From assembly GCF_006345805.1 (NCBI RefSeq), contig NC_043000.1:1054001-1118000 (forward strand): DNA of 64,000 bases, written 5' to 3'. Made by a program: the position numbers and the translations under genes. The notes under the pieces were generated by a model that saw only the letters and a program-made list of their open reading frames with translations, searched no databases and had not been told where the DNA came from. The DNA is from Octopus sinensis. Its lineage: Eukaryota. Below are positions 48,583 to 61,120 of the stretch, in pieces (the stretch's first letter is position 1; every line of letters starts with the position of its first letter).

Positions 48583-49170
48583 AAGGCAGCGAGCTAGCAG
48601 AAACATTAGCACGTCCGGCGAAATGCCTAGTGGTACTTCGTCTGCCGTTACGTTCTGAGTTCAAATTCCGCCGAGGTCGACTTTACCTTTCATCCTTTCG
48701 GGGTCGATAAATTAAGTACCAGTTACGCACTGGGGTCGATGTAATCGACTTAATACCTATGACTGTTCTTGTTTGTCCCCTCTATGTTTAGCCCCTTGTG
48801 GGTAATAAAGAAATAGGTATTTCGTCTGCCGTTACGTTCTGAGTTCAAATTCCACCGAGGTCGACTTTGCCTTTCATCCTTTCGGGGTCGATAAATTAAG
48901 TACCAGTTACTCACTGGGGTTGATATAATCGACTTAATCCATTTGTCTGTCCTTGTTTGTCCCCTCTGTGTTTAGCCCCTTGTGGGTAGTAAAGAAATAG
49001 GTATTTCCTCTGTCTGTACGTTCTGAGTTCAAATTCCGCCGAGGTCGACTTTGCCTTTCATCCTTTCGGGGTCGATAAATTAAGTACCAGTTGCTTACTG
49101 GTGTCGATCTAATCGACTGGGCTCCTTCCCTCAAAATTTCAGGTCTTATGCCTAGAGCAGAAAAGAATAT
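48583..49170 (+). mobile_element. SINE group A concatemer (head plus 3 bodies)
   Basis: Body restarts at GGTATTTC after AAAGAAATA twice. Confidence 0.88.
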
Positions 49171-49234
49171 CTGTATCAAGTGTCACAAAGCATCAAGTGT
49201 CTCTGCGTAATATTTCCGTCTCTGTGCAATATTT

Positions 49235-49315
49235 GTATCGAGTGTCACAAAGTATCGAGTGTCACAAAGTATCGAGTGTCACAAAGTATCGAGTGTCACA
49301 AAGTATCGAGTGTCA
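49235..49315. repeat. 17-bp minisatellite (GTATCGAGTGTCACAAA)n, ~5 copies plus degenerate copies from 49172
   Basis: Direct reading. Confidence 0.9.
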
Positions 49316-49369
49316 GGAAGCTCACAGAATACGAAAGGCTGTTTTCACTGATAGAAGACGACTCACTGT

Positions 49370-49401
<32 letters not shown>

Positions 49402-49529
49402 ATACCTATTATAATGTATTAATAGAATTGTTTTCTATAAGACAGTATTTTGTAAATAGTGACAGTTTACGCGTTCCTTGTAAATACTATAACCGACACC
49501 CTTTTCATCGGCTCTGCATATTTTACACC

Positions 49530-49907
49530 GTGGAGGCGCAATGGCCCAGTGGTTAGGGCAGCGGACTCGCGGTCGGAGGATCGCGGTTTCGATTCCCAGA
49601 CCGGGCGTTGTGAGTGTTTATTGAGTGAAAACACCTGAAGCTGCTCGAGGCTCCGACAGGGATGGTGGTGATCCCTGCTGTACTCTTTCACCACAACTTT
49701 CTCTCACTTCCTGTTTCTGTTGTACCTGTATTTCAAGGAGCCGACCTTGTCCCTCTCTGTGTCACGCTGAATATCCCCGAGAACTACGTTAAGGGTACAC
49801 GTGTCTGTGGAGTGCTCAGCCACTTACACGTTAATTTCACGAGCAGGCTGTTCCGTTGATTCGGATCAACCGGAACCCTCGTCGTCGTAACCGACGGAGT
49901 GCTTCCA
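49530..49907 (+). mobile_element. SINE group C
   Basis: Full copy. Confidence 0.9.
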
Positions 49908-50163
49908 ATACTTTACACCATTACTACCCATACAGCATAAGATATATAACACGACTACTCTGCGTTGCACATCAGTACAGCTTTTGTATCAAGTCTGCAG
50001 TAGGCGCTGGCGTGGCTGTGTGGCACGAAGCTTACTGCCCAATCACATAGTCCCGGGTTCAGTCCCACTGCATGGTACCAAAGCTTTGTGAGTTGATTTG
50101 GTAGATGGATATTGAAAGGAATCCCTGTGCATAAATGTGTGTGTGTATGTGTGTGTGTGTGTA

Positions 50164-50253
<90 letters not shown>

Positions 50254-50268
50254 TGTATGTGTGTATGT

Positions 50269-50317
<49 letters not shown>

Positions 50318-50959
50318 TGAGTTTGATTCCCACTGATGTTGTGTCCCGCAAAATAGATCAACAGAATAAGTACCAGTCTTTAAATAGATCCTTTAAGGTA
50401 GTGATCCAGTATGGCCGCAGTCTAAAAGATAAAAGGCGTATGATATACATACCACAAGACATAATGTGATGGACTGGCAGAACAGTTAGTGCATCGGGTA
50501 GAATACCTTGCGATATTCGTTCTGGTGCTCCAAGTTCAGATCCCACCTGTCAACTTCACCTTTCATCGGTATCGAGGTCGTTATATAGAGGTATCATAGT
50601 ATTACTTAGAAGTATTTGGGTTCTTTATTGCCATCTCTCTTTCTTTCTCTTTTGCTATGATCAGATCTGGCATGGAATAGGATTAGTCAGGATTCAAAAT
50701 CTCATATTAAGCTGTATGCCACAGCAGCGCCCTTACGTCTCCATCAGAAGTCGAGGGCTCAAGGTAATATTTATAGTATGACGAGCATTAAAACATTTTC
50801 TGAGGAACGTCAGAAAATCGTGTAAACACATAACAGAAAAAAGCAGCAATGAACTCGGTGAAACCAAAGGTTTACGAAGTCAGAAGTATAGCAAAAGAAA
50901 AGTCAGTTCGTTTTGTCTGATTAAGTTAAGTTCGTGCTGCGTAAATATTCTTTTCTACT

Positions 50960-52296
50960 CTAGACACAAGACCCGAAATTTTTTTTTTTTTTTGGGGGGG
51001 GGGGGGAGACCAGTCAATTAGATAATTAGAACGACCCCAGTATGCAACTGGTACTTAATTTATCGACCCCAAAAGGATGAAAGGCAAAGACGACCTCGGT
51101 GGAATTTGAACTCAGAACGTAAAGACAGACAAAATACTTATTTCTTTACTACCCACAAGGGGCTAAACACAAAGGAGACAAACAAGGACAGACAGACGGA
51201 TTAAGTCGATTATATCAACCCCCAATGCGTAACTGGTGCTAAATTTATCGACCCCGAAAGGATGAAAGGCAAAGTCGACCTCGGTGGAATTTGAACTCAG
51301 AACGTAAAGACAGACAAAATACTTATTTCTTTACTACCCACAAGGGGCTAAACACAAAGGAGACAAACAAGGACAGACAGACGGATTAAGTCGATTATAT
51401 CAACCCCCAATGCGTAACTGGTACTAAATTTATCGACCCCGAAAGGATGAAAGGCAGAGTCGACCTCGGTGGAATTTGAACTCAGAACGTAAAGACAGAC
51501 AAATACTATTTCTTTACTACCCACAAGGGGCTAAACACAAAGGAGACAAACAAGGACAGACAGACGGATTAAGTCGATTATATCAACCCCCAATGCGTAA
51601 CTGGTACTAAATTTATCGACCCCGAAAGGATGAAAGGCAAAGTCGACTCGGGTCGAATTTGGAATTTGAACTCAGAACGTAAAGACAGACAAATACTATT
51701 TCTTTACTACCCACAAGGGGCTAAACACAAAGGAGAAAACAAGGACAGACAGACGGATTAAGTCGATTATATCAACCCCCAATGCGTAACTGGTACTAAA
51801 TTTATCGACCCCGAAAGGATGAAAGGCAGAGTCGACCTCGGTGGAATTTGAACTCAGAACGTAAAGACAGACAAAATACTTATTTCTTTACTACCCACAA
51901 GGGGCTAAACACAAAGGAGACAAACAAGGACAGACAGACGGATTAAGTCGATTATATCAACCCCCAATGCGTAACTGGTACTAAATTTATCGACCCCGAA
52001 AGGATGAAAGGCAGAGTCGACCTCGGTGGAATTTGAACTCAGAACGTAAAGACAGACAAAATACTTATTTCTTTTCTACCCACAAGGGGCTAAACACAAA
52101 GGAGACAAACAAGGACAGACAGACGGATTAAGTCGATCATATCAACCCCAGTGCGTAACTGGTACTAAATTTATCGACCCCGAAAGGATGAAAGGCAGAG
52201 TCGACCTCGGCGGGATTTGAACTCAGAACGTAAAGACAGACAAAATACCACTAAGCATTTCGCCGGACGTGCTAACGTTTCTGCCAGCTCACCGCC
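50960..52296 (-). repeat. SINE-derived satellite: one group A head plus ~7 tandem ~185-bp bodies
   Basis: ATCGACCCC at 51062, 51247, 51432, 51615, 51804, 51989 and 52173. Head at ~52230-52296. Confidence 0.93.
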
Positions 52297-52459
52297 TTAT
52301 GCTGTTCTGCCAGTCCGTCACATTATGTCTTGTGGTATGTATATCATACGCCTTTTATCTTTTAGACTGCAGCCATACTGGATCACTACCTTAAAGGATC
52401 TATTTAAAGACTGGTACTTATTCTGTTTTGCGGGACACAACATCAGTGGGAATCAAACT

Positions 52460-52490
<31 letters not shown>

Positions 52491-53337
52491 CACACATATT
52501 GCCATCTCTTTTTCTCTTTTGCTATGATCAGATCTGGCATGGAATAGGATTTATCGGGATTCAAATGCTCATATTACGCTGTATACCACAGCAACACCCT
52601 TGCGTCTCCATCAGAAGTCGAGTGCTCAAGACAATATTTGTAGTATGACAAACACTAAAAAATTTTCTAAAGAGCGTCAGAAAATTGTGTAAACACACGA
52701 TAGAAAAACGTTACAAAGTTTTTTTCCTGCAGCAACATAAACTCGGTCAAACAACAGGTTTATGAAGTCAGAAGTAAAGTGAAAGCAAAAATCAGTTTAT
52801 TTTGTCTGATTAAGTTAAGTTTATGTTACGTAAATATTGCTTTCGTATTTTTATGAGTGTTTATGACAAAAAGAAAAAACTGACGCATTTTCATGTCACA
52901 AAAGCAAATTACTTTCATGCGTATACTAGCGTCAGAAACGCATTTCTGTAGTTTAAAACATTAAATCAAATCATTCCTGCGAAAATTGCAAATCACTGTA
53001 GATTTAATAACAATTGTCTGTGGACATGAATATAAATATACAATGAATTTGTTTGTGTGAGTGTGTATGTGTGTGGGGGAAGGGTATATATGCATGTATG
53101 TACATATAAAAATAAATGTTTCCATCTCGATCCAGGCTCAAAAGAGCCAGTTTCCCGGTTTCAGGGACGTATATATTCCCCACCTGGAGGGGACGCGGAT
53201 CAGTCGCAGGGTAACATCGTTTTTGCCATCTGACCAGACTGGAGCAACGTGAAATGAAGTGTTTTGCTCAAAACACAACGCATATATGTGTGTGTGTGTG
53301 TGTGTGTGCGTGTGTGTGTGTGTGTGTGTGTTATGGA

Positions 53338-53718
53338 TGGAAGCACTCCGTCGGTTACGATGACGAGGGTTCCGGTTGATCCGATCAACGGAACAGCCTG
53401 CTCGTGAAATTAACGTGTAAGTGGCTGAGCACTCCACAGACACGTGTACCCTTAACGTAGTTCTCGGGGATATTCAGCGTGACACAGAGAGTGACAAGGC
53501 CGGCCCCTTGAAATACATGTACAACAGAAACAGGAAGTAAGAGCGAGAGAAAGTTGTGGTGAAAGAGTACAGCAGGGATCACCACCATCCCTGCCGGAGC
53601 CTCGTGGAGCTTTAGGTGTTTTCGCTCAATAAACACTCACAACGCCCGGTCTGGGGATCGAAACCGCGATCCTACGACCGCGAGTCCGCTGTCCTAACCA
53701 CTGGGCCATTGCGCCTCC
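53338..53718 (-). mobile_element. SINE group C
   Basis: Full copy. Confidence 0.9.
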
Positions 53719-53814
53719 TGTGTGTGTTATACAAAGGGTTACTCAAAAGAAAGTGGAATTTTGCAATATTATTTTATTCACTTAGTTTTACATGTTTACA
53801 CTTTTATCGCCAAC

Positions 53815-54012
53815 CAAATGGCAACCAGCTAGCAACCAACTAGCAACCAACTAGCAACCAACTGGCAACCAACTAGCAACCAACTAGCAACCAACTAGCA
53901 ACCAACTAGCAACCAACTGGCAACCAACTAGCAACCAAAGGGCAACCAGGGAACAGCCAGCTGGAAACCAGAGGGCAATCGACTGGCAACCACCTGGCAA
54001 TCAAATGGCAAC
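53815..54012. repeat. 11-bp minisatellite (GCAACCAACTA)n, degenerating rightwards
   Basis: Direct reading. Confidence 0.9.
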
Positions 54013-54112
54013 TGAGTAGGCGGCGAATGAGCCAATCGACTCCTCCAAACTCTTTATTACTTCCAACTCTATGTAAAATCTCTGGTAAATACCTTATCAA
54101 AATATATAGCCA

Positions 54113-54506
54113 CTAGCAGTATCGCCCGGCGTTGCTCGGATTTGTAAGGGAAATAACTATAAAGCATTTTTAGAGAGTTATAGCCAAAAAACAGCAAAAA
54201 ATGCATTAAAAATGGAAAAAAAATTATGGTAAATTTTTTTTAAATTGTTGACTCATCGTAGACATTTTAGAGAGTTACTTCCCTTTATTTAAAAAATATG
54301 CTTTAAAATGGAAAAAAATTATGGTAAATTATTTTTAAAATCGTAGACTCATCGTAGACGCGCGCTAATACCTAGAAGGGCTCGATATGAATCACGACTA
54401 TAAGATACCCGGTTTTGGTTAAACTGCACCGCAAAATGTGGGAGTAGTTAGGAATCTAAATCGTAGGAGACAGACACTCACACAACTTCACTTTTATATA
54501 TATAGA
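54113..54506 (-). mobile_element. Non-autonomous Helitron (body type 1)
   Basis: On the + strand A|CTAG...GA|T, the canonical A|T target. Confidence 0.9.
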
Positions 54507-54770
54507 TAAGAAAACTGCATAACAGGAAACAACTTGTTTCCGTATTCTTCCAATCACTACCAATGTAATGAACAGTTGCTGGGTCAGAAAAAGGGTTTCG
54601 TTTCCAACTCATCCAATTAAGGTATTCCTGTGACAGGTGAGTCTTTCCTTTCTTTCACATGTTTCAGTCACTAGACTTCGACCAAGCTGGAGCACCTCTT
54701 TCAAAGGTTTCATTGGAACAATTCGACCCTAAAACTTAATTTGTTTTTAAAGTCCGGTACTTATTCTAGC

Positions 54771-55070
54771 GGAGGCGCAATTGCCCAGTGGTTAGGGCAG
54801 CGGACTCGCGGTCGGAGGATAGCGATTTTGCTTCCCAGACCGGGCGTTGTTTGTGTTTATTGCGCGAAAACACCTAAAAGCTCTACGAGGCTCCGGCAAG
54901 GGGTGGTGACGACCCCTGTTGTACTCTTTCGCCACAACTTTCTCTCACTCTCTCTTCCTGTTTTTTGAGTAACGCTGCGATAGACAGGCGTCCCGTCAAA
55001 CTAGGGAGAACACGGAAATCGGGAAACCGGGCCCATGAGCCTGGCTAGGCTTGAAAAGGGTGACGTTTAT
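54771..55070 (+). mobile_element. SINE with group C head and group D-type tail
   Basis: GGAGGCGCAATTGCCCAGTGG...then GAAACCGGGCCCATGAGCCTGGCTAGGC. Confidence 0.75.
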
Positions 55071-55381
55071 CGTTTTTCTATTTTACTTATTCTATCGGCC
55101 TCTTTTGTCAAACCGCTAAGTTACACGACATAAACAAACCAACATAGGTTGCTAAGCAGTGATAGGGAACAAACACAAATACAGAGACGCACGCGCATAC
55201 ATATACATTCACTCACAAGTAATTGGTCGGCACACAGGGCTACAGTAGAAAATACTTACCCAAGGTGCCGCGCAGTGGGACTGAACCCGAAGTAATTTGG
55301 TTGCAATATCAGTTTTTTAACCTCACAGCCATGTCTGCGCCTAACATTTTAATCTGAAATGAAAATGGATGAAATTTCATA

Positions 55382-55883
55382 CCGTAAATCCTCGTGTATA
55401 ATCTGCATATTTTCCCCCAGATTTAAAGGTCAAAATCCGTAGTGCGTACTATATACGAGGTTAAAAATGAAAAGTATTTTCTAAGCAATGTCCGAGTCTC
55501 TATTTTCTGTCCGGCAATGTTTACTCAGACGCATTTTGTGATCTCGGGCGCGAAAATACCTTAAGCTAAGCCTGAGAGCAATGAAGTCATAAAAGAATCA
55601 TCCATAACTTGCAGTAAGCAACATTTATTAAATGTTATTACTGTTATTTCTTTATTTTCTGCAAACAAAATGCACAAAAAAGCTACACGTTTGCATTATG
55701 TTATACACAATAATAATAGAGGACGTTACCGTATACATTTTTACAAGCCAAGGACGTTATATTGACTCAAGTTAGAGAAGGGGTGCGTATTATACACAAG
55801 ATTTAAGTTTCTCAGAGCTACAGCCCCCTAAAAATTCCCTGCGTATTATAGCTCAAGGGCGGACTATACTCGAGGATTTACGG
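55382..55883. mobile_element. pogo/Tigger-like non-autonomous DNA transposon (MITE)
   Basis: TA TSD at 55380-55381 and 55884-55885. TIRs CCGTAAATCCTCGTGTATAATC / GACTATACTCGAGGATTTACGG, with subterminal TIR-like repeats. Confidence 0.85.
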
Positions 55884-56224
55884 TACTGCTAGAGTTTTAG
55901 ATAAGCGGTGCTATCTCCAGGTTATTCAAAAATTGACAAGAAAAGGTGTTGATTTGTTCATACGTAATAGCAATGAGTGTAATTTTGATATGTTTCTCAG
56001 GGAGATTAATGGTGTAATTGAAGATTTCAACTCGAACGTGAAAGCTGTTTGCTGTCTTGACACGATGGAACATAATATTTGGTGAACTATCCCATTTTAT
56101 AGCGATAAAAAAAAAAAGACTGGCGTTTTTTCTCCGTTGCAAGGGAAATAACCACTTTACAAGGGAAACTACTCTATCAGGGTTTTATTTTTACGTCAAT
56201 AACATTGTTTTGCCTGATATACGT

Positions 56225-56883
56225 ACATACACACACACATACATACATCCATACATACATACATACATACATACATACATACATACATACATACATACAT
56301 ACGTACGTACATACATACATACATACATACATACATACATACATACATAATACATACATACGTATGTACGTACATAATACATACATACATACATACATAC
56401 ATGCATACATACATTCATACATACATACATACATACATACATACATACATACATTCATACATACATACATACAAACATACATTCATACATACATACATAC
56501 ATACATACATAATACATACATACATACATACATTCATACATACATACATACATACATACATACATACATACATACATAAATCCATACATACATACATACA
56601 TACATACATACATACATACATACATACATACATACATACATACGTACATACATACATACATACATGCATACATACATACATACATACATACATACAAACA
56701 TACATTCATACATTCATACATACATACATACATACATACATACATACATACATACATAAATCCATACATACATACATACATACATACATACATACATAAA
56801 TACATACATACGTACATACATACATTCATACATGCATACATTCATACATACATACATACATTCATACATACATACATACTACA

Positions 56884-56916
<33 letters not shown>

Positions 56917-57132
56917 TCATACATACATACATGCATACATACATACATCATACATACATACATACATACATACATACATACATACATACATACATAAATA
57001 CATACATACGTACGTACGTACATAATACATACATACATACATTCATACATACATAAATACATACATACGTACGTACGTACATAATACATACATACATACA
57101 TACATACATACATACATACATACATACATACA

Positions 57133-57163
<31 letters not shown>

Positions 57164-57175
57164 TATACATACATA
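56225..57175. repeat. ~950-bp (TACA)n array
   Basis: Direct reading. Variant units TTCA, TAAT and AAATC. Confidence 0.95.
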
Positions 57176-57476
57176 TAGTCGAAACTCTCCTCTTACAACA
57201 AAACAATATCCCACAATGCATTTGCAGTACCAATCCAGTATCCCAACATTTGGGATACTGGATTGGTCTGAAGAAGAAATCCACTCCATAGATACCAAAA
57301 CGCGCAAAACCTTGATAACAACCGGGAACTTCCACAGAAACAGTGGTGTTGGAGGGCTCTACCCAAGAAGAAATGTAAGTGGTAGAGGCCTGTGATCAGT
57401 GCAGACGGCCTTTGAATGCCGAATGGTATCACTCAGGCATCGCCTGCTAAACAAAAGCAGCAAAAATAAATATATA

Positions 57477-57637
57477 GGTGCAGGAGTGGCTGTGTGGTAA
57501 GTAGCTTGCTTACCGACCATATGGTTCCGGGTTCAGTCCCACTGCGTGGCATCTTGGGCAAGTGTCTTCTGCTATAGCCTCGGGCCGACCAATGCCTTGT
57601 GAGTGGATTTGGTAGACGGAAACGAAAGAAGCCCGTC

Positions 57638-57675
<38 letters not shown>

Positions 57676-57736
57676 ATATATATATTATGTATATATATAT
57701 ATGTGTGTGGTGTGTGTGTTGTGTGTGTGTGTGTGT

Positions 57737-57775
<39 letters not shown>

Positions 57776-57980
57776 ATGTTTGTGTGTCTGTATTTGTCCC
57801 CCTAGCATTGCTTGGTGTGTTTATGTCCCTGTCACTTAGCGGTTCGGCAAAAGAGACCGATAGAATAAGTACTGGGCTTACAAAGAATAAGTCCCGGGTT
57901 GGAGTTGCTCGATTAAAGGTGGTGCTCCAGCATGGCCGCAGTCAAATGACTGAAACAAGTAAGAGAGTAAGAGCGTAAGA
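57477..57980 (+). mobile_element. SINE group B nested in the LINE
   Basis: Full copy. Confidence 0.88.
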
Positions 57981-58009
57981 GAGAGATATAAATGCAATGC
58001 TGAAAAGTG

Positions 58010-58273
58010 TGGAGGCACGTGGCTTAGTGGTAAGGGTGTCAGCACCATGATCGTAAGATTGTGGTTTCCATTCCTGGACCGGGCGACGCGTTGTGTTCTT
58101 GAGCAAAACACTTCATTTCACGTTGCTCCAGTCCACTCAGCTGGCAAAATTGAGCAACGCTGCAATGAACTGGCGTCCCGTCCAGCTGGGGAACACATAC
58201 ACCATTGAAACCGGGAAACCGGCCCATGGGTCTGGCTAGGCTTTAAAAGGGCGCATTTTACTTTTTTTATTTT
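58010..58273 (+). mobile_element. SINE group D nested in the LINE
   Basis: 14-bp TSD with one mismatch: AATGCTGAAAAGTG (57996-58009) and AATGCGGAAAAGTG (58274-58287). Confidence 0.88.
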
Positions 58274-59339
58274 AATGCGGAAAAGTGAAGTGAGCAACAT
58301 TGTACGAGTTGGCAGTGAGCTCCTCAAGAAGCACTTTCTGATGATCCCCTATACAGCCCCAAAACAGCTAGACTCTCTTACCTCAAAGTAGACTTGGATG
58401 GAAAACATTCAGCCTACAAGGAAGACTATCCATGGGTATGTTGCCCGGAAGCTTGAAGACAGTAGAATTGATACGGCGCGCAGTGTCTCTTGGCCACAAG
58501 ACCACTACTATGTATTTGCAATCCAGAAAAAAAGAGATTGCCACAAAGTACCTAGTGAACAAGAGAGACTGACACTCTTGTAATCCTAAGGTGCAACCGC
58601 CTGTGTAGGCTGTGTCATGTTTCTGTGGAAGAGGCACAATGTTGTCGTTAAATCAATTTACAATGACATCCGCAAAAAAGACTGTCCTGAAATAAACTTT
58701 AAAAATCCCTCTGTTATGGAATACATTCATACAGATCAACTCAAGGAATACTGGAGGAATATTCCCATCAAAACTTCTGTCAAAGGTAAACATAAGAGGC
58801 CGGATATTGTTGTTTGGGTCAGAGGGACAAAGGTATGTACCATCATAGAGGTCAGCTGCCCTGCAGATGTAAATACATCTTTGAAAATCGAAGGAAAAGA
58901 GGATATCTATGGACAACTGCTTCGAAACATTTAGCTTCTATATCCAGACTATGAATTCATATTCATACCAATAATAATTGGAGCGCTAGCTTTTGTTAGT
59001 AAATGCTTAAAAGAGAATCTGGATAAACTGGGATTCTCAGAAAGAGAAATCGACCGACTAATTCGTACATCACAAGATTCCAGACTTTTCTCAAGTTCCA
59101 AATGTGAATTTGTCTGTGTAAACTACATCCCAAAGATGGAGTTTTGTATCTTTGTTGGAAACCGGCTTCCTACCCAGTGGAAGATTTATAATAATTAAAA
59201 AATAGACCATACATACATACATACATACATACATACATACATACATACATTCATACATACATACATACATACATACATACATACATACATACATACATTC
59301 ATACATACATACATACATACATACATACATAATGAGCAT

Positions 59340-59602
59340 AAATGAGCAGAAGATTATGCATGGATACGTTAGTTGAAAGCTCCAAGATGATAATAACATT
59401 GATCATGAAAGCAGTCTATCATGGACCAACAACCGGATTACTACCTCCCATTTTGAAGGGTATGCGTTTGCAATCCAGGAACAGGAAATATCAACCAAAT
59501 ACTTGATGCGCAAAAGGGATAGAGATGCGGGAAAAGCAGTAAAATGTGACAACCGATGCAGACTTTGTGGAGTTCACACCGAAGATATCACCCACATCAT
59601 AA
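59340..59602 (+). mobile_element. RLE LINE fragment, TACA-associated family
   Basis: KIMHGYV...FEGYAFAIQEQEISTKYLMRKRDRDAGKAVKCDNRCRLCGVHTEDITHII. Starts right after (TACA)n. Confidence 0.85.
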
Positions 59603-60224
59603 TTTGGAATTTTAAATAAAAATCCCAAATTTCATATATTCCCTTTCTATCAATGTAAAGACAGAATCGCTACACAAGTCCAAACGCTTCTTAATATGCA
59701 AACTCCATGGTGACCGTATTCCTTTTTCTCGCATCCTGTCTGACAAAAAATAGATATAAGCATCCTGTTTGACAAAAAAATCCAGCATTCCAATTAAAGA
59801 GTATAAAATCCACAGAATTATCTCCCCTTATTCATAGGACCTAGATAACTCGTACCCCATTTCCTGTTTTGACACATAAACACCCAGCCTTTTCAAACAC
59901 AAAACTACACTTAAACACAAGCATCCTAATCCTCCAAAGAAGTTTTTCCATGGACTAATATTGAACTTTAAAAGCATAAAGACACTACAGTGTATTGGTA
60001 TACTTATTTATTAATTTTTGTATATATTTATTATTTTTTTGAAAAAAAACATTGTAAATTTCTTTTTTCCCCTTCAGCAATTAAAAAAGAATTTTTTCCC
60101 TTCCAAATCTTGAAAATTTGCCTTGCAGTGAAAACCGGAATGATTTCTTTTTTAATTTTCCATACACCCATTTTTATTAAAATTACTTCCAATTTAGCAT
60201 TCTGCTTATCATTTTTTCCTCTCC

Positions 60225-60269
<45 letters not shown>

Positions 60270-61073
60270 AGAGGAAAAAAAAATAAGGCAGAATGCTAAA
60301 TTGGAAGTATATATATTATATATATATATATATAATATTCACTTTTGTATTTGGTTTGCAAGATTCTTGCAAGAGAGGGAGAGAGATAGGGATATATATA
60401 TATATATATACATCCCTATCTCTCTCCCTCTCTTGTTCTTCATCTTTCTGGGGTTTTCTCCCACCCTTCCCTATTCTTCTCCTCTCCTCTTTACTGTCCC
60501 CCCTCTCTCTCTCTCTTCCTCCTTGACTCTCTCGTCGCTGACACGTGACGAAAGAGAATCTATCTTTCTGCTCATATCCTTCCTAAAGACAACACGTGCT
60601 TATACATGTCTCCTCTCATAAGCTCGTCTTCCAAGCGTTCATAATAATTTTTCTATCGTCTTGGCTTAACAGCCCTCACCGTTTGTTTTTACTGTTTTGT
60701 ACTCCCTGTCCTGTTCTTGTTACCACTTTCACCCTCCGCAAAAAATCCCAAATGTTATTTAATTTGCTTTGCGGGAAGGACTGTTTCAACGAAATCGCGT
60801 ATTGTCCTTGCCTTCGTTACACGGAGTAGATGAAACAGGGACAACTGATAGAAGGGAATATTCTTTATGTTACATGTCTCGTTTCTCTCTTTGTTTTTTT
60901 TTCGTTCGAAAAAAGTTCGTTTTCATGGTTTTATTTTGATGTTTACGTTTCTCATTGTGTTCAACGTTTTTTACGTCATGTACCCATATATGCATGTATA
61001 TATACATATATATGTAGGTATGTACAAATATGTATGTATATATGCACATATTTATATATTATTTATGTATATG

Positions 61074-61120
<47 letters not shown>

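Larger units (their letters stand above)
57177..59208 (+). mobile_element. RLE LINE, 5'-truncated, TACA-associated family, carrying two nested SINEs
   Basis: SKLSSYNKTISHNAFAVP..FGILDWSEEEIHSIDTKTRK..GNFHRNS..RGL; RHNVV..RPDIVVW..IIEVSCPAD..YPDYEFIFIPIIIGAL; 3' UTR; (TACA)n on both sides. Confidence 0.88.
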
